DNA of 64,000 nucleotides from Alphaproteobacteria bacterium (GTDB lineage Bacteria; Pseudomonadota; Alphaproteobacteria; Rs-D84): NCBI GenBank assembly GCA_017630405.1, contig JAGBVH010000025.1, positions 12,352 to 76,351 of the forward strand, read 5' to 3'. Shown piece by piece: positions 61,077 to 64,000 of this stretch (position 1 is its first letter; each line of letters starts with the position of its first letter). The notes under the pieces were generated by a model. It saw only the letters and a program-made list of their open reading frames with translations, ran no database searches and was not told where the DNA came from. The position numbers and the translations under genes were made by a program.

Positions 61077-61679
61077 ATGGCAACAAAAAAAACAGAAACT
61101 ACGAAAGCGGCCGAAACGCAGGCGATCACACCGACTCAGATTACAGAGTCTGAAACCGCCATACCGGCTGCCGCACCTATACTGACACTTACGACCGAGG
61201 TCACCACAAAAACAATTAGCGCAAGCATTGACGTTCTAGACACAGAACCCGTTCATGATCTTGGAACCGTATCGCCTGAAAACGCACTGAAACTAATCGA
61301 AACATTCGCTATTGCAACCCCAGCAAAAAACGCATGTGTCATTCACGGTGTCGCCAGATTAAAAGAAACCGGTGTTTTTGGCATGTCCTACCGTGGACGC
61401 GGCTTGGAAATATCGTTTAACCAGTTCAGCAACAATGCTCCATTATGCACCCCAGATGAAAAGAAATTTAAAGCCATTATCAATGCACAAAAACCTAAAA
61501 AAGCCTCCGATATGACTGCAGCCAGACAAGCAACAATCGAGAAAGCCATCTCAGAATGCTCGAAACATTGTTTCAGCCATCTTAAATCTGGGAAATGCAC
61601 TGATGAATTTATCAGAAATACACTTGGTGTAATATTCTTCCCAAAACACTACGCTAAACAAAACGGAAAACAAAAATGA
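61077..61679 (+). CDS. Hypothetical Cys-containing protein, paralog 2
   Basis: T/E/A-rich N-terminus, then the same domain; stop overlaps the gatA start. Confidence 0.78.
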   Translation: MATKKTETTKAAETQAITPTQITESETAIPAAAPILTLTTEVTTKTISASIDVLDTEPVHDLGTVSPENALKLIETFAIATPAKNACVIHGVARLKETGVFGMSYRGRGLEISFNQFSNNAPLCTPDEKKFKAIINAQKPKKASDMTAARQATIEKAISECSKHCFSHLKSGKCTDEFIRNTLGVIFFPKHYAKQNGKQK

Positions 61680-63142
61680 TAAACCTGACACTGACTGAAG
61701 CTTTACAAAAATTAAACAGCGGTGAAATTTCTGCTGTCGAACTAACACGCGCATATCTGGACAGAATTGAAAAATATAGCGCTGATTTGAATTGCTATAT
61801 CACCACCACACCAGAACGCGCACTGGCCGACGCCGCCGCATCTGATGCACGCCGCGCAGGTGGCGACACGCTGCCATTGGACGGTGCACCAATCGCGATG
61901 AAAGATTTATTCGCAACACGCGGCATTCGCACAACAGCCGCTTCACGCATGCTTGAAAATTTCGTGCCAGAATATGAATCAACCGTTTCACAAAAATTAA
62001 TTGATGCTGGTACTGTCTTGTTGGGTAAAGCAAACTTGGACGAATTTGCGATGGGAACATTCAGCAAAACAAGTTTCTTTGGTGCACCAATCAATCCATG
62101 GCAAATGGAAAACAAATTAACCGCCGGCGGTTCATCTGGTGGTTCAACATCCGCCGTCGCATCCGGATTAGCAATTGCCGCAACTGGTACTGATACAGGT
62201 GGCTCGATTCGTTTCCCTGCCGCGATTACTGGTATGGTTGGCATGAAACCAACATACGGTTTATGTTCTCGCTGGGGCTGTGTGGCATTTGCATCAAGTC
62301 TTGATACCCCAGGTCCAATTGCACGCACTGTTGATGACACCGCTCTGTTATTGTCCGCGATGGCCGGTCACGATGCCAAGGATTCAACATCTTGCCACAG
62401 CGACTATAAATGCAACGCACCACTGGAACCAATTTTGGGTGACGGTAAAAAATTACGCGTTGGTGTCATCAAAGAATTTATGGATGTAAAAATTTCTGAC
62501 GATATGAAAACGCTGTTTGAAAAACGCATTTCCGATTTGAAATCCATTGGTGCAGAAATTGTCGAAGTTTCAATTCCAAACATTTTGGATGCATTGGCAG
62601 CATACTATATCATCGCCCCAGCAGAAGCGTCATCAAATCTGGCCCGCTATGACGGTATGCGCTATGGTTTGCGTGTCGAAGGCAGCGACATTTATGACAC
62701 ATTCAAAAAATCACGCGCTGCGGGCTTTGGCGACGAAGTAAAACGCCGTATGATTATTGGTACCGCCGTTTTATCCAGCGAATCGTATGATGTATATTTC
62801 ATGCAGGCCGCACGCGTTCGTCGCATGATTGCTGACAGTTTTAATTCCGCATTTGAACAATGTGATTTGATTGTATGCCCATCCAGCGCTGGCACCGCGA
62901 TGCCTTTGGATGCGGGTCTGTCCCCATTGGAATTCTATGCATTGGATTTGTTCACAGTCGCAATGAATCTGGCGGGCGTACCAGCATGCAGCGTACCATG
63001 TGGCTTGGCACAAAATGGTCTGCCATTGGGTATGCAGGTTGTAGGGCCACGCTTTGCTGATATGCGTGTATTACAATTGGCCAAGCATATCGAAACTGCG
63101 GCCGCTGTTAACAATCGCCCAACAACAATAATGGGGAAATAA
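61676..63142 (+). CDS. gatA: Asp/Glu-tRNA amidotransferase subunit A
   Basis: MKDLF, KANLDEFAMG, GGSSGGS, GTDTGGSIR amidase signature, SRAAGFGDEVKRR. Confidence 0.97.
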   Translation: MINLTLTEALQKLNSGEISAVELTRAYLDRIEKYSADLNCYITTTPERALADAAASDARRAGGDTLPLDGAPIAMKDLFATRGIRTTAASRMLENFVPEYESTVSQKLIDAGTVLLGKANLDEFAMGTFSKTSFFGAPINPWQMENKLTAGGSSGGSTSAVASGLAIAATGTDTGGSIRFPAAITGMVGMKPTYGLCSRWGCVAFASSLDTPGPIARTVDDTALLLSAMAGHDAKDSTSCHSDYKCNAPLEPILGDGKKLRVGVIKEFMDVKISDDMKTLFEKRISDLKSIGAEIVEVSIPNILDALAAYYIIAPAEASSNLARYDGMRYGLRVEGSDIYDTFKKSRAAGFGDEVKRRMIIGTAVLSSESYDVYFMQAARVRRMIADSFNSAFEQCDLIVCPSSAGTAMPLDAGLSPLEFYALDLFTVAMNLAGVPACSVPCGLAQNGLPLGMQVVGPRFADMRVLQLAKHIETAAAVNNRPTTIMGK

Positions 63143-63177
63143 AAAAAATGAATTACCGAACAGAATCCTTGGGCAAT

Positions 63178-63204
63178 AAAAAAAATCGACCAAGACGGTC
63201 GAAA
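63178..63204 (-). terminator. Intrinsic terminator downstream of tRNA-Phe
   Basis: Minus strand TCGACC-gtctt-GGTCGA followed by a T run. Confidence 0.7.
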
Positions 63205-63214
63205 GAAAGGATTC

Positions 63215-63290
63215 TGGTGGCTAGGGACGGAATCGAACCGCCGACACAGGGATTTTCAGTCCCTTGCTCTACCAACTGAGCTACCTAGCC
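63215..63290 (-). tRNA. tRNA-Phe(GAA)
   Basis: GGCTAGGTAGCTCAGTTGGTAGAGCAAGGGACTGAAAATCCCTGTGTCGGCGGTTCGATTCCGTCCCTAGCCACCA; 76 nt cloverleaf with encoded CCA. Confidence 0.97.
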
Positions 63291-63345
63291 AATGCGGAAG
63301 AGATAATAGGACACGAAAAACAAAAAAGCAAGGGAAAAAGATAAA

Positions 63346-64000
63346 ATGTTTACAATAAAAGGCAAAACTTGTGATTGGGAATTGGTAATCGGACTGGAAA
63401 CACACATCCAAGTGTTATCTAAATCCAAGGTATTCAGCGGTGCATCTGCGGATTACAATCCGTCAGTATCCCCTAACACCCAGGTTTCAATGGTTGATGC
63501 GGCTATGCCTGGTATGTTACCAGTATTAAATGAACACTGCGTAGAACAGGTTATCAAAATGGGTTTGGGACTGAACGCTGAAATTTCTCGAATCAGTCGA
63601 TTTGCCCGCAAACAATATTTTTACCCTGACCTGCCCCAAGGCTATCAGATTTCGCAACCTGCAGACGAAGCACCAATTGTAGGCCACGGTTGGGTTGAAA
63701 TTATGGGCGATGATGGCAAACCTAAAAAGATTTTGATTGAACGCGCACATCTGGAACAAGATGCTGGTAAATTAAAGCATGATGTTCATCCAACAAAATC
63801 CTTTGCAGACTATAATAGAACGGGTGTCGGCCTGCTGGAAATCGTGACCTATCTGGACACAAAAAATCCAGAAAACAATTCCTATATCTCGTCCCCTGAC
63901 GAAGCCGAAAGATACCTGCGCGAAATTCGTGAAATCGCACGCGCACTTGGCGTATCAAAAGCGAACATGGAAGAAGGTTCTATGCGTGCAGACGTTAATG
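63346..64000 (+). CDS. gatB: Asp/Glu-tRNA amidotransferase subunit B (partial, runs off window)
   Basis: WELVIGLETHIQ, DAAMPGMLPVLN, RKQYFYPDLPQGYQISQ, HLEQDAGK, YNRTGVGLLEIV, NMEEGSMRADVN. Confidence 0.96.
   Translation, partial: MFTIKGKTCDWELVIGLETHIQVLSKSKVFSGASADYNPSVSPNTQVSMVDAAMPGMLPVLNEHCVEQVIKMGLGLNAEISRISRFARKQYFYPDLPQGYQISQPADEAPIVGHGWVEIMGDDGKPKKILIERAHLEQDAGKLKHDVHPTKSFADYNRTGVGLLEIVTYLDTKNPENNSYISSPDEAERYLREIREIARALGVSKANMEEGSMRADVN

Overview
Bacterial chromosome segment (code 11) from an alphaproteobacterium: ftsE-ftsX-ydcF-plsC and tilS-ftsH gene orders, CTTG-N18-CTATAT RpoH-type promoters. The compact layout and lineage-specific secreted families suggest a small-genome host-associated lineage such as Rs-D84/'Enterousia' (inference from recollection; needs phylogenetic placement). 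The backbone is housekeeping: lepA, rbfA, ftsH, tilS, groES/EL, pal, ftsEX, tolB, fba, efp, ppa, dnaN, uvrC, pgsA, dnaJ, parE, dnaA, dprA, plsY, rpsT, sufBC, ruvX, gatC/A/B and tRNA-Phe. No prophage, integrase, transposase or CRISPR-cas was seen. The most interesting content is: (1) two loci encoding a family of Sec-exported proteins built from phage tail-fibre-like modules, with a shared N-terminal (I/V)ASxxYVD motif and conserved C-terminal Trp strands but no autotransporter anchor, one next to a beta-barrel OMP and the other next to a type IVb pilus PilL/PilN-like secretin operon; (2) a five-copy ~90-bp structured palindromic repeat with an invariant core, covarying stems and one-strand polarity; (3) a 1566-aa M48-peptidase plus UbiB/ABC1-kinase-like fusion; (4) a stand-alone phage-type pol-beta nucleotidyltransferase; (5) scattered PilS-like and VirB2-like pilins and small ORFans with basic C-terminal tails. 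Product calls come from motif recognition only; no database searches were run.
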